A DNA stretch of 64,000 nucleotides from an uncultured Methylococcaceae bacterium (GCA_964515235.1 CAZEVO010000008.1:1542-65541), one strand, 5' to 3'. Positions 52,002 to 63,435 are shown, counted from the stretch's first letter. Notes: generated from the letters alone by a model not told the origin. Numbers and translations: made by a program.

Positions 52002-52229
52002 TTAGTCACCCACAATAATATTGATTATAAATTCACCTGCATTACTATCTGCTGATAAGATTTGATGCCCATTAATACGACACCAAGCGGGAATATCTTG
52101 CAACACGCCCGGATCAGTACAAACCACCTCTAATTGCTCTCCCACTGACATCGTTTTTATTTTATCTTGTACCCTTATGACCGGCATCGGACAAAGTAAC
52201 CGTCGGGCATCTAGAAAGTGCTTATTCAT
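52002..52229 (-). CDS. TusA-family sulfurtransferase/sulfur carrier
   Basis: 'LDARRLLCPMPV' TusA/SirA active-site motif. The second ATG (52229) forms an ATGA overlap with the stop of the upstream PP-loop gene. Confidence 0.8.
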   Translation of the reverse strand: MNKHFLDARRLLCPMPVIRVQDKIKTMSVGEQLEVVCTDPGVLQDIPAWCRINGHQILSADSNAGEFIINIIVGD

Positions 52230-53269
52230 ACATGCCATTCTTTTGGTATTTCTACAACAGATAGCGGTTTAACCAGAAATTGTTTATCTTCTTCTCCCTG
52301 TTGCATCAACTTAACTTCAACCTGCTCTGCTTCTCGCCCTTGACTATATCGTGCCGTTATTTTCGCCGCCAATAAAGAATCTTGTTCTGAAAGAACACCG
52401 TCAATTAAAACTAACGGTCCGGGATGACTTACTGTTGTCATCGTTTGAAAACTATTTTTGTAACCCTGTAAAAAGTTATTTTCACCTTCTTCTCGAGCAA
52501 TAATCATTTTAAAATGAGGCTCGGGTCGTAGGTGTCGACCCACTTTCAAGAGCATTACATCGTCCAACTCATACTCTTTCTTACCTCTTGCGGTCCATAA
52601 ATCCACCAATTTATCAGAATAACTTTTATCGGTTAAAAAGCAACACCCGCCAGCGGGTTGAGCGTAATCTGTAAAACCATATTTTTCTGCCAAAGCCATT
52701 TGAGGTTTTCGTGTACGACCACTAAAATCATATAGCTCTTCTCGATTAACCCATCCTTCTTTCTCAGGCAATGTTTCAGGTAAGTTTTTAGCACACAAAG
52801 GCCTTAATAACCGCTCGTGCGCGCCTGATTCTCTCGCAATGACCGGCATTGTGTCTTTTCGTTGGGACATAGGTCTTTGCCCTATCACTTCACCGGTTAT
52901 AATAAAATCAAATTCATTCTCTTGTATCCATTGTTGGGCCTTTTGCACCATAAAAACCTTACAGTCCAAGCAAGGATTTAAGTTTGCACCATAACCGTGC
53001 TGTGGATTGATTAACACATTTTTGTATTCCTCAATAACATCCACAATATGAAGTTTTATCCCCAACTGTTCAGCAACCCATAATGAATTGTTACGCTTTG
53101 GCTTAGCTTTATCTTTTTTCCGAATCGCATGAGTATGACCCTCAACACAAAATCCAGTGAAAAAATTTATCCCCTCAACATGAACCCCTTGCTCCATTAC
53201 AGCTTTTGTCGCCAGCATTGAATCAAGGCCACCAGATATAAGGGAAACCGCTTTCCTCTGTTTTGTCAT
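52226..53269 (-). CDS. PP-loop (adenine-nucleotide alpha-hydrolase) enzyme, ThiI/MnmA-like, without a THUMP domain
   Basis: 'SLISGGLDS' PP-loop, 'NPCLDCK', 'ITGEVIGQRPMSQ...LLRPL' (ThiI-like) and 'GGCCF' (in the position of the MnmA/ThiI second catalytic Cys). The C-terminal 110 aa are unassigned. Confidence 0.75.
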   Translation of the reverse strand: MTKQRKAVSLISGGLDSMLATKAVMEQGVHVEGINFFTGFCVEGHTHAIRKKDKAKPKRNNSLWVAEQLGIKLHIVDVIEEYKNVLINPQHGYGANLNPCLDCKVFMVQKAQQWIQENEFDFIITGEVIGQRPMSQRKDTMPVIARESGAHERLLRPLCAKNLPETLPEKEGWVNREELYDFSGRTRKPQMALAEKYGFTDYAQPAGGCCFLTDKSYSDKLVDLWTARGKKEYELDDVMLLKVGRHLRPEPHFKMIIAREEGENNFLQGYKNSFQTMTTVSHPGPLVLIDGVLSEQDSLLAAKITARYSQGREAEQVEVKLMQQGEEDKQFLVKPLSVVEIPKEWHV

Positions 53270-53497
53270 TGTTATTTATTCTTTTAAAAAAGAATGCATT
53301 ATACGTTATGTCTCCCCTAAAAACGAACAGGTACCATCACGATAAATGCTATTAACTCTCTAAGAAACAGGTCTTTTTACATGTAAAATAAACACCTCAA
53401 TAGACCAATCTTCTGAACAAGAATTCTTAGCAACGCAACAAACTATTCTTATTCATAATTTAAGTTATAATAAAAGTTTTTATCGTCTAAAAAAGCC

Positions 53498-54412
53498 GTG
53501 TCACGTAACAATAATAAACCTACAACATTCCAAGACCTTATTCTTGCTCTGCAATCCTTTTGGTCTCAACAAGGCTGTACCATTTTACAACCCCTAGATA
53601 TGGAAGTAGGCGCCGGAACCTTTCATCCCGGAACCTTTCTTCGCGCCATTGGTCCTGAACCTTGGCGTTCAGCCTATGTGCAACCATCACGACGACCAAC
53701 TGATGGGCGTTTTGGAGAAAACCCCAATCGATTACAACATTATTATCAGTTTCAAGTGGTTTTAAAACCATCTCCCGATAATATTCAAGAACTCTATTTA
53801 GACTCCTTACGTCATCTCGGTCTCGACTTACTTGAACACGATATTCGTTTTGTTGAAGACAACTGGGAATCTCCCACTTTAGGTGCATGGGGTTTAGGCT
53901 GGGAAGTCTGGCTTAATGGCATGGAAGTCACCCAATTTACCTATTTCCAACAAGTTGGCAGCCTAGATTGTCGGCCTGTAACTGGCGAAATCACCTATGG
54001 GCTCGAACGTATTGCGATGTATCTCCAGAATTCTCAGAGCGTTTATGACCTGACCTGGAACACCAACAGCCAAGGTATTGTTAGCTACGGGGACGTTTTC
54101 CACCAAAACGAAGTTGAAATGTCACACTTCAACTTCACCCACGCCAACACGGATTTCCTCTTCTCCTGTTTTGACAATTACGAACAGGAATGTAAAAAAC
54201 TCATTGACCAAAACCTTTCTCTTCCCGCTTATGAAATGATTTTAAAAGCATCGCATGTTTTTAATCTTCTGGATGCACGCCATGCAATTTCTGTGACCGA
54301 ACGACAACGTTATATTCTACGCGTCAGAGAGATGTCAAAAGCTGTTGCCGAAAACTATTATCAAGGTAGAGAAGCATTAGGATTCCCAATGCTTAACAAC
54401 AAGAAAACATAA
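53498..54412 (+). CDS. glyQ: glycine--tRNA ligase alpha subunit
   Basis: Collinear with E. coli GlyQ along its whole length, with long conserved motifs (for example '[27 protein letters not shown]' and '[17 protein letters not shown]'). Confidence 0.97.
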   Translation: MSRNNNKPTTFQDLILALQSFWSQQGCTILQPLDMEVGAGTFHPGTFLRAIGPEPWRSAYVQPSRRPTDGRFGENPNRLQHYYQFQVVLKPSPDNIQELYLDSLRHLGLDLLEHDIRFVEDNWESPTLGAWGLGWEVWLNGMEVTQFTYFQQVGSLDCRPVTGEITYGLERIAMYLQNSQSVYDLTWNTNSQGIVSYGDVFHQNEVEMSHFNFTHANTDFLFSCFDNYEQECKKLIDQNLSLPAYEMILKASHVFNLLDARHAISVTERQRYILRVREMSKAVAENYYQGREALGFPMLNNKKT

Positions 54413-54414
54413 AA

Positions 54415-56481
54415 ATGACTGATAACAAACCCTTACTTTTTGAGCTTGGCACAGAAGAATTACCCCCAAAAACCTTATTAACATTAAGTAATGCCTTATT
54501 ATCCAACATTACCCAAGCATTAACAGATGCTGAATTAACGTTTGGTCAAACAAGTTCTTTTGCTACCCCCCGCCGGTTAGCGATTCTAATTGAAGATATT
54601 ATTATTCAACAACCTGATAAGACCATCGAGAAGCGCGGACCGGCAATTAAGGCTGCTTTCGATTCTGAGGGTAACCCAAGCCGTGCTGCTTTAGGTTTCG
54701 CAACCAGTTGTGGGACTACCGTTGATCAATTGTCCCGGTTAAAAACTGAAAAAGGCGAATGGTTGGCTTTTAATCAAGAAACTAAAGGTCAGGCTACCAA
54801 CGATTTAATTCCAGAAATCATCAACCAAGGCCTTAAAAAGTTACCTATTGCCAAACGTATGCGCTGGGGAGATCTAGCTACTGAATTTGTCCGACCGGTC
54901 CATTGGGCTGTCTTACTCTTTGGCTCTGATCATTTAAATTGTGAAATTTTAGGCATCAAAACCGGCCAACACACCTTTGGCCACCGTTTTCATGCGCCGA
55001 CGGCCATCTTCTTAGATCACCCTTCTGAGTATCAACGTAAACTACTTGAGAAAGGTTACGTGATTGCTGATTTTGAACAACGCAAACAGGTCATCCATAC
55101 TGCAACCCTTGCGGCTGCAGACAATGTTGGTGGTACTGCTGTGATTAACGAGGCATTACTCGAAGAAATTACCGCTCTCAATGAGTGGCCCATTCCGATT
55201 ACTGGCAACTTTGACCCTCGCTTTTTAAAACTACCTGCTGAAGTATTGATTACGACAATGCAAACTAATCAAAAATACTTTGCCGTTACTGATGATCAAC
55301 AAAAATTATTACCCAACTTTATTACTTTCAGTAATATCGAAAGCACTAACCCACAATCTATTAAAGAAGGCAATGAAAGAGTTATTTTACCACGTCTGGC
55401 TGATGCTGAGTTTTTCTGGAAACAAGATCGTCATTTGAAATTATCGGACCGCACACCGAAACTCGCTAATATTATTTTCCAAAAAACACTGGGAACATTG
55501 CAAGATAAAAGCCAACGACTAGAAGTTCTAGCAACATACTTATCGACTGCGCTTGCAATCGCACCACAACAGAGTCGTCGCGCCGCTCAACTTGCTAAAA
55601 CTGACCTGTTAACTGAAATGGTAGCCGAATTCCCTAGCCTTCAAGGTGTCATGGGGCGTTATTATGCCTTGGCTGATAACGAACCAGATGAAGTAGCCCA
55701 AGCGCTTGAAGAGCAATACTATCCGAAACAATCTGGCGGCCCAATACCTGAAAGTCAAACTGGTCAAATCCTTGCTATCGCTGATAAAACTGATACTCTT
55801 GTTGGAATTTTTAGTGCTGGACTTATTCCTAGCGGCGATAAAGACCCCTATGCTTTAAGGCGTGCAACATTAGGTATAATCCGCATTATTATTGAAAACC
55901 GGCTCAATATTAATATCACCGAACTAATTAGCGTTAGCCTGAGTCAATTCACTCACAACTTTGACCGTGAACTGACAGAACATAAAATAACCTCCTTTAT
56001 CTATGAGCGACTGAAAGGTTATTTTCTTGATCATGACTTTACTATTGACCAATTTGAATCCGTTCTAGCCGTCTCGCCTGACAATCTATTAGATTTCTTT
56101 TTGAGACTACAAGCCGTTCGTGATTTTCGTGCACTGCCCGAATCAAATAGCTTATCTGAAGCGAATAAACGCATAAAAAATATCTTACGTAAATCTGAAT
56201 CATCACCTCAATCGAGTGTTCAAAACCTTATTGAAGAACAAGAGCTTAATTTACTAAAAGCAACTCTGGCTGCAGAAAAAGATATCCAACCCCTAATTCA
56301 CGATAGCAATTATACTGCAGCATTAAATCGTTTGGCCCAACTTAAAGAAGATGTTGATTTGTTTTTCGAACACATCATGGTTAATTGTGATGACCTATCT
56401 TTACGTAATAACCGGCTCGCCCTGCTACATAAAGTAGAGAACTTATTCCTGAAAATTGCGGATATTTCAAAATTACAATAA
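54415..56481 (+). CDS. glyS: glycine--tRNA ligase beta subunit
   Basis: 688 aa with 'LLFELGTEELPP' and 'FATPRRLA' GlyS motifs. It starts 3 nt after glyQ. Confidence 0.96.
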   Translation: MTDNKPLLFELGTEELPPKTLLTLSNALLSNITQALTDAELTFGQTSSFATPRRLAILIEDIIIQQPDKTIEKRGPAIKAAFDSEGNPSRAALGFATSCGTTVDQLSRLKTEKGEWLAFNQETKGQATNDLIPEIINQGLKKLPIAKRMRWGDLATEFVRPVHWAVLLFGSDHLNCEILGIKTGQHTFGHRFHAPTAIFLDHPSEYQRKLLEKGYVIADFEQRKQVIHTATLAAADNVGGTAVINEALLEEITALNEWPIPITGNFDPRFLKLPAEVLITTMQTNQKYFAVTDDQQKLLPNFITFSNIESTNPQSIKEGNERVILPRLADAEFFWKQDRHLKLSDRTPKLANIIFQKTLGTLQDKSQRLEVLATYLSTALAIAPQQSRRAAQLAKTDLLTEMVAEFPSLQGVMGRYYALADNEPDEVAQALEEQYYPKQSGGPIPESQTGQILAIADKTDTLVGIFSAGLIPSGDKDPYALRRATLGIIRIIIENRLNINITELISVSLSQFTHNFDRELTEHKITSFIYERLKGYFLDHDFTIDQFESVLAVSPDNLLDFFLRLQAVRDFRALPESNSLSEANKRIKNILRKSESSPQSSVQNLIEEQELNLLKATLAAEKDIQPLIHDSNYTAALNRLAQLKEDVDLFFEHIMVNCDDLSLRNNRLALLHKVENLFLKIADISKLQ

Positions 56482-57023
56482 TGCCTGCTAATAAGTTTAT
56501 TTTGTTAGACCGTGACGGTGTCATCAATCATGACTCTGACAATTACATTAGATCCGCTGCACAATGGCACCCTATTGAGAAAAGCATTGAAGCTATTGCG
56601 TTATTGACCTCGCATGGCTATAAAATCATTGTTATTACCAACCAATCTGGAATAGCCCATGGTTATTTTGACACTGCCACACTCAGAGAAATGCATAAAA
56701 AAATGAAAACATTGGTCAAACAAGGAGGCGGCAGTATAGAAGCTATTTATTACTGCCCCCATAAAGCTGAAGACCTTTGCGAATGTCGAAAACCTAAACC
56801 TGGATTATTAATCAAATGCAGTGAAGACTACAATTTTAAATTAACAAAAACCTTTTTTATTGGTGACAAACTAAGTGATATTCAAGCCGCCCAAGCTGCA
56901 GGAACAACGCCAATTTTAGTTAAAACCGGAAAAGGACAAAGAACCCTAGTTAACAACCCGACTATTAAGATTAACACTTTCAACAACCTCTATGACTGCA
57001 CCCAATTCATCATCTCAAGATAA
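56481..57023 (+). CDS. gmhB: D-glycero-beta-D-manno-heptose-1,7-bisphosphate 7-phosphatase
   Basis: HAD motif 'LDRDGVIN' and zinc motif 'CPH.....C.CRKP'. Its start overlaps the glyS stop (TAATG). Confidence 0.9.
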   Translation: MPANKFILLDRDGVINHDSDNYIRSAAQWHPIEKSIEAIALLTSHGYKIIVITNQSGIAHGYFDTATLREMHKKMKTLVKQGGGSIEAIYYCPHKAEDLCECRKPKPGLLIKCSEDYNFKLTKTFFIGDKLSDIQAAQAAGTTPILVKTGKGQRTLVNNPTIKINTFNNLYDCTQFIISR

Positions 57024-57753
57024 TATTGCGCTACTTTATTTACGATCAACATTACTATTCTTGTGCGTCCTATGTTTAACACTATCCATGGGGATTATCG
57101 TTCTCATACTCGCGCCTTTCCCTTTTAAAATCCGTTACAAACTTGCCCATTTCTGGGCAACAACTGTCCTGTGGCTCACCAAATTTATCTGTAAACTAGA
57201 TTACAACATTGAAGGTTTAGACAATATTATTACGGACCAAAATGCAATAATTTTATGCAAACATCAATCGGCATGGGAAACTATTGCCTTGTATGCTATT
57301 TTTCCTCCTCAGGTTACTGTTCTGAAACGGGAATTACTCTGGCTACCTATTTGGGGTTGGGCCGCCGCAACATTAAAACCTATTGCCCTCAACCGTCAAA
57401 ACCAACTCTCTGCTTTAAAAAAATTAATCCGTGATGGCAAAGATAGACTTAATGAAGGCTTATGGGTTCTTATTTTTCCCGAAGGAACTCGAACAAAACC
57501 TGGCGTACCAACAAAATTCAACCTAGGTGGCTGCTTACTCGCCGAAAAAAGCCAACGCCCTATTATTCCTGTTGCCCATAATGCCGGAGAATTCTGGCCT
57601 CGCTACAGTTTCTTAAAATACCCGGGAACCATTACGGTGCGCATAGGCCCTCTAATTCCTAGCGAGGGCAGAAAAGCCGTTGAACTTAATTATGAAGCGG
57701 AAACATGGGTTGAAACAGCGATGAATGATATTCACCTAACCTGTAATCAATAA
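56992..57753 (+). CDS. plsC: 1-acyl-sn-glycerol-3-phosphate acyltransferase
   Basis: 'HQSAWET' and 'FPEGTR' acyltransferase motifs after an N-terminal TM helix. It overlaps gmhB by 32 nt, and there is no alternative start upstream of the TM helix. Confidence 0.88.
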   Translation: MTAPNSSSQDNIALLYLRSTLLFLCVLCLTLSMGIIVLILAPFPFKIRYKLAHFWATTVLWLTKFICKLDYNIEGLDNIITDQNAIILCKHQSAWETIALYAIFPPQVTVLKRELLWLPIWGWAAATLKPIALNRQNQLSALKKLIRDGKDRLNEGLWVLIFPEGTRTKPGVPTKFNLGGCLLAEKSQRPIIPVAHNAGEFWPRYSFLKYPGTITVRIGPLIPSEGRKAVELNYEAETWVETAMNDIHLTCNQ

Positions 57754-57850
57754 GTTATTTTCAAAATAACAAAATAAATTAGCCATTAAAAAGACTTTTC
57801 AATTAACGTATAATTGATCGGTATTGCTAACTATTTTTTAACACACACTT

Positions 57851-58300
57851 ATGAAACAACTCGCCCTCATGTTTTTTTGCGCTTTACTACTTAGCGGCTG
57901 TACTGATGAAAAGAAACAATACCAAGAACACGTTCTTAAACTAATGAAAACCGATCAGGATCTTATTGACTACAACCTTGACCCTGATGAAACCGCACAG
58001 TGCATTGTTGACATGAGCGGTAAAAAGATGATTGGTTTTTTTTCTTGGGACCCTAGACGGACTCCAATCTACTTGGCCTATACCAAACTAATTCAATTCA
58101 AATTAAAACTGAGCACACTCTCGGGTCAGGATGGGAGCGACGTGCAATCCAACCCTAAAAATGAACTAAGCGCTCTTAGAGAAACCTTTGGTTCAGCACA
58201 AGCATTAGCCGATGCTCATAGGAATTTTAGCGACAGCGTTTTGGGATGCTTTGAATCACTAACTTCTAAAACAGATCCTGATAACGAAAAACTCTTATAA
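57851..58300 (+). CDS. hypothetical lipoprotein
   Basis: Lipobox 'LLLSGC|TDE' after a signal peptide; 149 aa. I recognise no family. Confidence 0.55.
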   Translation: MKQLALMFFCALLLSGCTDEKKQYQEHVLKLMKTDQDLIDYNLDPDETAQCIVDMSGKKMIGFFSWDPRRTPIYLAYTKLIQFKLKLSTLSGQDGSDVQSNPKNELSALRETFGSAQALADAHRNFSDSVLGCFESLTSKTDPDNEKLL

Positions 58301-58318
58301 ACAGAACGCATCTTGTCT

Positions 58319-58351
58319 TGCATCAGAAGATACACCTTCTCTTCTGATGCA
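58319..58351. terminator. perfect 12-bp stem-loop between convergent genes
   Basis: The arms tgcatcagaaga and tcttctgatgca flank a 9-nt loop, between the lipoprotein gene (+) and the glutaredoxin-like gene (-). The flanking U-tracts are poor. Confidence 0.5.
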
Positions 58352-58392
58352 TAGCCATAAAATACATTTTCACCATGGACTAAAAAGCCAAC

Positions 58393-58650
58393 TCAAGCCG
58401 ATATTTCGTTAAGAAATCGCAAAACCTCAATTTTACTAAAAGGCCAATTTAACTCCTTTCCTGAATCAAAATGGCACAATACCGGAATTTTTAGCCCATA
58501 AACGGCTAAATATTGAGACTCCTCCACAATATCTATTTTAACAACGCCTACCTCTCTGGAGTACTGAGGCAATATTGATAAAACCAATTCCTCAGCCTGC
58601 TCACACAAATGACAGCTTTCAGTTCCCAATAAAACCAAATCAAGAGACAT
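58393..58650 (-). CDS. glutaredoxin-like (DUF836-type) small thioredoxin-fold protein
   Basis: 85 aa with an N-terminal 'CHLCEQA' CxxC right after the first beta-strand. It lies directly downstream of metH. Confidence 0.65.
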   Translation of the reverse strand: MSLDLVLLGTESCHLCEQAEELVLSILPQYSREVGVVKIDIVEESQYLAVYGLKIPVLCHFDSGKELNWPFSKIEVLRFLNEISA

Positions 58651-58663
58651 AACGTATTGTTAA

Positions 58664-61600
58664 TTAATCTTGTAGATTAGGAGCTAACCACCGCTTTGCT
58701 TCGTCTATAGTCCATCCTTTTCTATTTGCATAATCAACCAGCTGTTCCGTCGTTATTTTACCAACATTAAAATACCGCGCATTATCATGAGAAAAATACC
58801 ACCCACTAACTGCCGCAGTCGGATACATTGCATAACTTTCAGTTAGTTCAATCCCTGTATTATCAGTAACCGACAACAAACTAAATAACTTTTCTTTTTC
58901 AGTATGGTCTGGGCACGCAGGGTAGCCCGGTGCTGGCCGAACACCTTGATAGGCCTCATTGATAAGCGCCTGATTATCAAGCACTTCATTGTTGTTATAA
59001 CCCCAATAAGTAGTTCTGACTTGTTGATGCATATATTCCGCAAAAGCCTCTGCTAATCGGTCTGCGAGCGCCTTGAGCATAATCGCACTATAGTCATCAT
59101 GCTGTTTGTCAAACTCCGCCAGTTTAGCTTCTATACCAATCCCAGCAGTCACTGCAAAAGCACCGATATAATCATTGTCAATTACCTCGACAGGCAATAA
59201 AAAGTCAGCTAAACAATAGTTGGCTTTACCCGGAACCTTAATATTCTGTTGTCGTAAATGACAGAGTGTCTCACGTACAGCTGATCGCTGCTCATCCTCA
59301 AAAATTAAAATATCATCGCCTTGACTATTAGCCGGGTAAAAACCGACAACGGCTTTTGCAGACAACCATTTTTCAGCAATAATTGATTCCAACATTACAG
59401 AGGCATCATGAAAAAGAACCTTCGCATGTTCTCCTACGATGTCATCTTCTAGAATAGCCGGATAACTTCCAGCCAACTCCCACGTCTGAAAGAATGGCGA
59501 CCAATCAATAAAGTTAGCCAATGTTCTTAACGAAACATTCTCAAACACTCTATTACCCAAAAATGTGGGCTGATCAGGCTTACTCTTTTGAATTTCAAAT
59601 TTATTATCTCTTGCATCTGCCAGAGAAAGTAATGTACTTTTCGATTTTCGTCCCTGATGGCGGTCTCTGACTTGCTGATATTCATCATGAATAGCTTTAA
59701 TATAGGACTCTTTTTTTGTTTCACTCAATAAATTATTAGCCACTCCGACAGCCCGTGATGCATCAGAAACATAAACGGTAGAACCATGATAATTTTGTTC
59801 AATTTTAACAGCTGTATGTGCTCTTGACGTTGTTGCGCCACCGATCATTATTGGAATTTCAAATCCCAAACGCTCCATTTCCTTAGCAACAAAAACCATT
59901 TCATCGAGTGAAGGAGTTATCAGCCCACTTAACCCAATAATATCAACATTTTCTTCCTTTGCCCGCTTTAGAATTACACTAGCTGACACCATTACCCCCA
60001 AGTCCACGACTTCATAACCATTACATTGCAAAACCACACCAACAATATTTTTACCAATATCATGGACATCTCCTTTCACAGTCGCCATCAGGATTTTTCC
60101 ATTACTTTCGACCTTTCCTGACTTTTCTTTTTCCATAAATGGCATTAAATAAGCTACTGCTTTCTTCATGACCCGCGCTGATTTAACAACTTGAGGTAAA
60201 AACATTTTACCTGCACCAAATAGGTCACCCACTTCGTTCATGCCAGCCATTAGCGGACCTTCAATAACGTTCAGTGATAAATCAAACCCAAGGCGCGCTT
60301 CCTCAGTATCTTCCTCTATATATTCGGTAATTCCTTTAACTAATGCATACGAAATTCGTTTATTAACTGGCTCATTTCGCCAGCTTAAATCTTCTTTTTT
60401 ACCAACCCCAGCACTACCCATAAATTGCTCAGAAAGCGCTAATAACTTATCCGTCGCATCATCTCGCTTATTTAAAACAACTTCTTCCACAGCCTCTTTT
60501 AATTCTTTTGGTATATCATCATACACAGCCAACTGCCCAGCATTAACAATCCCCATATCCATGCCTGCTTTAACTGCGTAAAATAAAAAAACTGCATGTA
60601 TTGCCTCTCTTACCGGCTCGTTACCTCGGAATGAAAAAGATACATTTGAAACCCCGCCCGAAACTAATGCTTGTGGCAATGCTGATTTTATTTCTCGTGT
60701 TGCCTCAATAAAATCCACACCATAATTATTATGCTCATCAATTCCAGTAGCAATAGCAAAGATATTCGGGTCAAAAATAATATCTTCGGCACGAAAACCC
60801 ACTTCTTCTGTTAGGATTTTATAAGCCCTTCGACAAATCTCGACTTTTCTCTCTTTTGTATCCGCTTGCCCAACCTCATCAAAGGCCATTACAATTGCTG
60901 CTGCACCATAGCGTTTAATTAACTGAGCCTGATTCTTAAAGACCATTTCACCTTCTTTAAGAGAAATAGAGTTCACAATACCTTTGCCTTGAACACACTT
61001 GAGACCGGCTTCGATAATATCCCATTTGGAAGAGTCAATCATGATAGGAACCTTTGAAATATCAGGCTCTGAAGCAACTAATAACAAAAACCTAACCATT
61101 GCATCCTTAGACTCCAACATGCCCTCATCCATATTGATATCAATAATCTGAGCGCCATTGGCCACTTGCTGCCTTGCTACATCTAAAGCAGTCTCATAAT
61201 CTTCTTCAACGATTAACCGCTTAAAACGCGCCGAACCGGTAACATTTGTTCTTTCACCAACATTAACAAACAGGGAGTCAGCGCCAATATTAAATGGCTC
61301 TAAACCGGCAAGACGACATTTCTTCTCTAGTGTTGGGGTTTTCCGAGGCGGATGCTTTTCTACAGCCTTAATAATAGCTTTAATATGTGCAGGAGATGTT
61401 CCGCAACAACCACCTACAATATTAATGTAGCCATTTTTAGCCCAGTCCTCCAACTCGATTGCCATTGCTTCTGGTAGCTCATCATATTCACCAAATTCAT
61501 TTGGCAATCCTGCATTAGGGTGCGCCGATACATTAGTTTCTGCCTGCGCACTCAACTCCTCAACATATTGACGTAATTCACCGGCACCTAAGGCACAATT

Positions 61601-62335
61601 AAATCCTATTGATAACGGCTGAATATGACGGACCGAATTCCAAAAAGCCTCAACCGTTTGTCCTGATAACGTTCGACCTGACGCATCCGTGATCGTGCCG
61701 GAAATCATAACTGGATACTGAGTGCTGGTATTTTCAAAATACTGATCAATCGCAAAGAGCGCCGCTTTAGCATTAAGGGTATCAAATATAGTTTCAACTA
61801 ATAAGATATCTGCTCCGCCGTCAATTAGCCCCGTTATCGCTTCCATATAAGAAACAACCAAACCATCAAAATCAATATTTCTAAAACCTGGATCGTTGAC
61901 ATCGGGAGAAATAGACGCCGTTCGATTTGTCGGCCCTATAACTCCAGCAACAAATCTTGGTTTATCAGGATTAGACTTTGTCACCTCATCAGCAACTTGC
62001 CTCGCTATTCGCGCAGATACACAATTTAACTCATAGGCTAATGACTCCATTTGATAATCAGCCATTGCAATAGTCGTAGAGTTGAACGTGTTGGTTTCCA
62101 CAATATCTGACCCAGCATCAAAATATGCTTGGTGAATGGCCTTAATAATATCTGGCTGTGTCAATGATAGGAGATCATTATTACCTTTTAGGTCACTGGG
62201 CCAATTTGCAAACCGCTCTCCCCGATAATCAGATTCACTTAATTTATATTCTTGAATCATAGTACCCATTGCACCATCCAAAAATAAAATTCTTTTTGAT
62301 AATTGCTCAGTTAATAATTTCTGACGACTACTCAT
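58664..62335 (-). CDS. metH: cobalamin-dependent methionine synthase
   Basis: 1223 aa with Hcy-binding, pterin-binding, B12-binding ('[11 protein letters not shown]', i.e. DxHxxG) and AdoMet-activation domains in the canonical order. Confidence 0.97.
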   Translation of the reverse strand: MSSRQKLLTEQLSKRILFLDGAMGTMIQEYKLSESDYRGERFANWPSDLKGNNDLLSLTQPDIIKAIHQAYFDAGSDIVETNTFNSTTIAMADYQMESLAYELNCVSARIARQVADEVTKSNPDKPRFVAGVIGPTNRTASISPDVNDPGFRNIDFDGLVVSYMEAITGLIDGGADILLVETIFDTLNAKAALFAIDQYFENTSTQYPVMISGTITDASGRTLSGQTVEAFWNSVRHIQPLSIGFNCALGAGELRQYVEELSAQAETNVSAHPNAGLPNEFGEYDELPEAMAIELEDWAKNGYINIVGGCCGTSPAHIKAIIKAVEKHPPRKTPTLEKKCRLAGLEPFNIGADSLFVNVGERTNVTGSARFKRLIVEEDYETALDVARQQVANGAQIIDINMDEGMLESKDAMVRFLLLVASEPDISKVPIMIDSSKWDIIEAGLKCVQGKGIVNSISLKEGEMVFKNQAQLIKRYGAAAIVMAFDEVGQADTKERKVEICRRAYKILTEEVGFRAEDIIFDPNIFAIATGIDEHNNYGVDFIEATREIKSALPQALVSGGVSNVSFSFRGNEPVREAIHAVFLFYAVKAGMDMGIVNAGQLAVYDDIPKELKEAVEEVVLNKRDDATDKLLALSEQFMGSAGVGKKEDLSWRNEPVNKRISYALVKGITEYIEEDTEEARLGFDLSLNVIEGPLMAGMNEVGDLFGAGKMFLPQVVKSARVMKKAVAYLMPFMEKEKSGKVESNGKILMATVKGDVHDIGKNIVGVVLQCNGYEVVDLGVMVSASVILKRAKEENVDIIGLSGLITPSLDEMVFVAKEMERLGFEIPIMIGGATTSRAHTAVKIEQNYHGSTVYVSDASRAVGVANNLLSETKKESYIKAIHDEYQQVRDRHQGRKSKSTLLSLADARDNKFEIQKSKPDQPTFLGNRVFENVSLRTLANFIDWSPFFQTWELAGSYPAILEDDIVGEHAKVLFHDASVMLESIIAEKWLSAKAVVGFYPANSQGDDILIFEDEQRSAVRETLCHLRQQNIKVPGKANYCLADFLLPVEVIDNDYIGAFAVTAGIGIEAKLAEFDKQHDDYSAIMLKALADRLAEAFAEYMHQQVRTTYWGYNNNEVLDNQALINEAYQGVRPAPGYPACPDHTEKEKLFSLLSVTDNTGIELTESYAMYPTAAVSGWYFSHDNARYFNVGKITTEQLVDYANRKGWTIDEAKRWLAPNLQD

Positions 62336-62398
62336 AAAAATACATTTAAATTAATAAAAAACTTTGGCCGGCAGCTCCATACTGTCGTCACAAACAAG

Positions 62399-62423
62399 AA
62401 AGCCTAGGTTAAACCTAGGCTTT
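62399..62423 (-). terminator. intrinsic terminator after the 150-aa membrane protein gene
   Basis: The arms aaagcctagg and cctaggcttt flank a 5-nt loop, 30 nt after the stop at 62453. A/T tracts on both sides make it potentially bidirectional. Confidence 0.6.
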
Positions 62424-62452
62424 TAAATGTTAAACATCACTTTTAGATAATG

Positions 62453-62905
62453 TTATTTTCCTTCTGCGTCCTTATCTTTAGTCGCAGCATCACCGTTTTC
62501 TGCTAAAACGCTTTCATTATCATTAAGAGTAGAAAGGGTGCCTTTGAAAATATTCATATGCCCAAACAAGGTTGAAGGCCCCAACCCCCCTTTTACAACA
62601 AATTTGGCTCGAATTATCGCTGCAACCAAAAAACCCACTAAAGGCGCTGCTAATTCACGAAACGCTGACATCAAGCGATTGCTTACGTCTTTGGTCTGCA
62701 TTGCTGCTAATTCTGCCTGGTCAACGCCTGTATCTTCATTCTCAGTCAGAAATAAGAAAACATCGACCTGTATCCAAAGAAACTGAATGAAAAAAAGTGA
62801 ACCAGCTGTAATTGCAACCCACTTGAATACTCCACTTGTTCCCGCTCGAACTGCTGCCTGATATGTCCAACAAGCCATATAAATTGTTAATAAACCACCT
62901 ATCAT
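62453..62905 (-). CDS. hypothetical membrane protein (about 3 TM segments, acidic/lysine-rich tail)
   Basis: 150-aa ORF with hydrophobic segments, followed by a terminator. I recognise no family. Confidence 0.5.
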   Translation of the reverse strand: MIGGLLTIYMACWTYQAAVRAGTSGVFKWVAITAGSLFFIQFLWIQVDVFLFLTENEDTGVDQAELAAMQTKDVSNRLMSAFRELAAPLVGFLVAAIIRAKFVVKGGLGPSTLFGHMNIFKGTLSTLNDNESVLAENGDAATKDKDAEGK

Positions 62906-63197
62906 AATTCTCTCTCTTGTCTTTATTAGTTAGTACAGATGAACACCCAGTCCATTGATTTTTTTAATCTCTTACACATTTTGAGCAAGAAACTTAAAAA
63001 CAATTATACATTATAATAACTTTACTTTCATTGCTGGCCATTACATTACGTTCCGCATCTTTACTGCAAATTATAAAACACCACCCTATTCACTAAAAAA
63101 GAATTATTGCCTAACTTTTATTAATTTGTTAATATTATAGGTTCTATATGCTTTATGCATTGCAAATTTCATTAATTATTTATTTGGAGGATCCTCG

Positions 63198-63329
63198 ATG
63201 GGATTTATTCTTGATATGACGGAAACGTTGAAAACACCAGCCGGTATGGTTGGCCTTCTTGTACTAGGTGGTATCATTTACATATGGTACAAATGGATGT
63301 TCGCTCCTCATCCAGACGACGAAGACTAG
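63198..63329 (+). CDS. unannotated 43-aa single-TM peptide (MGFILDMTETLKTPAGMVGLLVLGGIIYIWYKWMFAPHPDDED)
   Basis: It falls below the ORF-track cutoff. GGAGG (63186-63190) lies 7 nt upstream of the ATG. The peptide has one hydrophobic helix and an acidic C-terminus. A strong intrinsic terminator lies 65 nt downstream. Confidence 0.55.
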   Translation: MGFILDMTETLKTPAGMVGLLVLGGIIYIWYKWMFAPHPDDED

Positions 63330-63393
63330 TACAGATATACTATATCTATTAAGGTCAAACTATAAGTTGACGCCTTACTAGTTTAAAAATATC

Positions 63394-63435
63394 AACCGCT
63401 ACAGGTTCTTTTCGGGACTGTAGCGGTTTATTTTT
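63394..63435 (+). terminator. rho-independent terminator after the 43-codon ORF
   Basis: The arms aaccgctacag and ctgtagcggtt form a perfect 11-bp stem with a 13-nt loop, followed by TATTTTT. Confidence 0.75.

Noticed and set aside
62336-62398. A possible cobalamin or SAM riboswitch in the metH 5' region.
   Set aside because: Only about 60 nt lie between the upstream terminator and the metH ATG. There is no B12-box-like sequence, and riboswitch aptamers are far longer than this.
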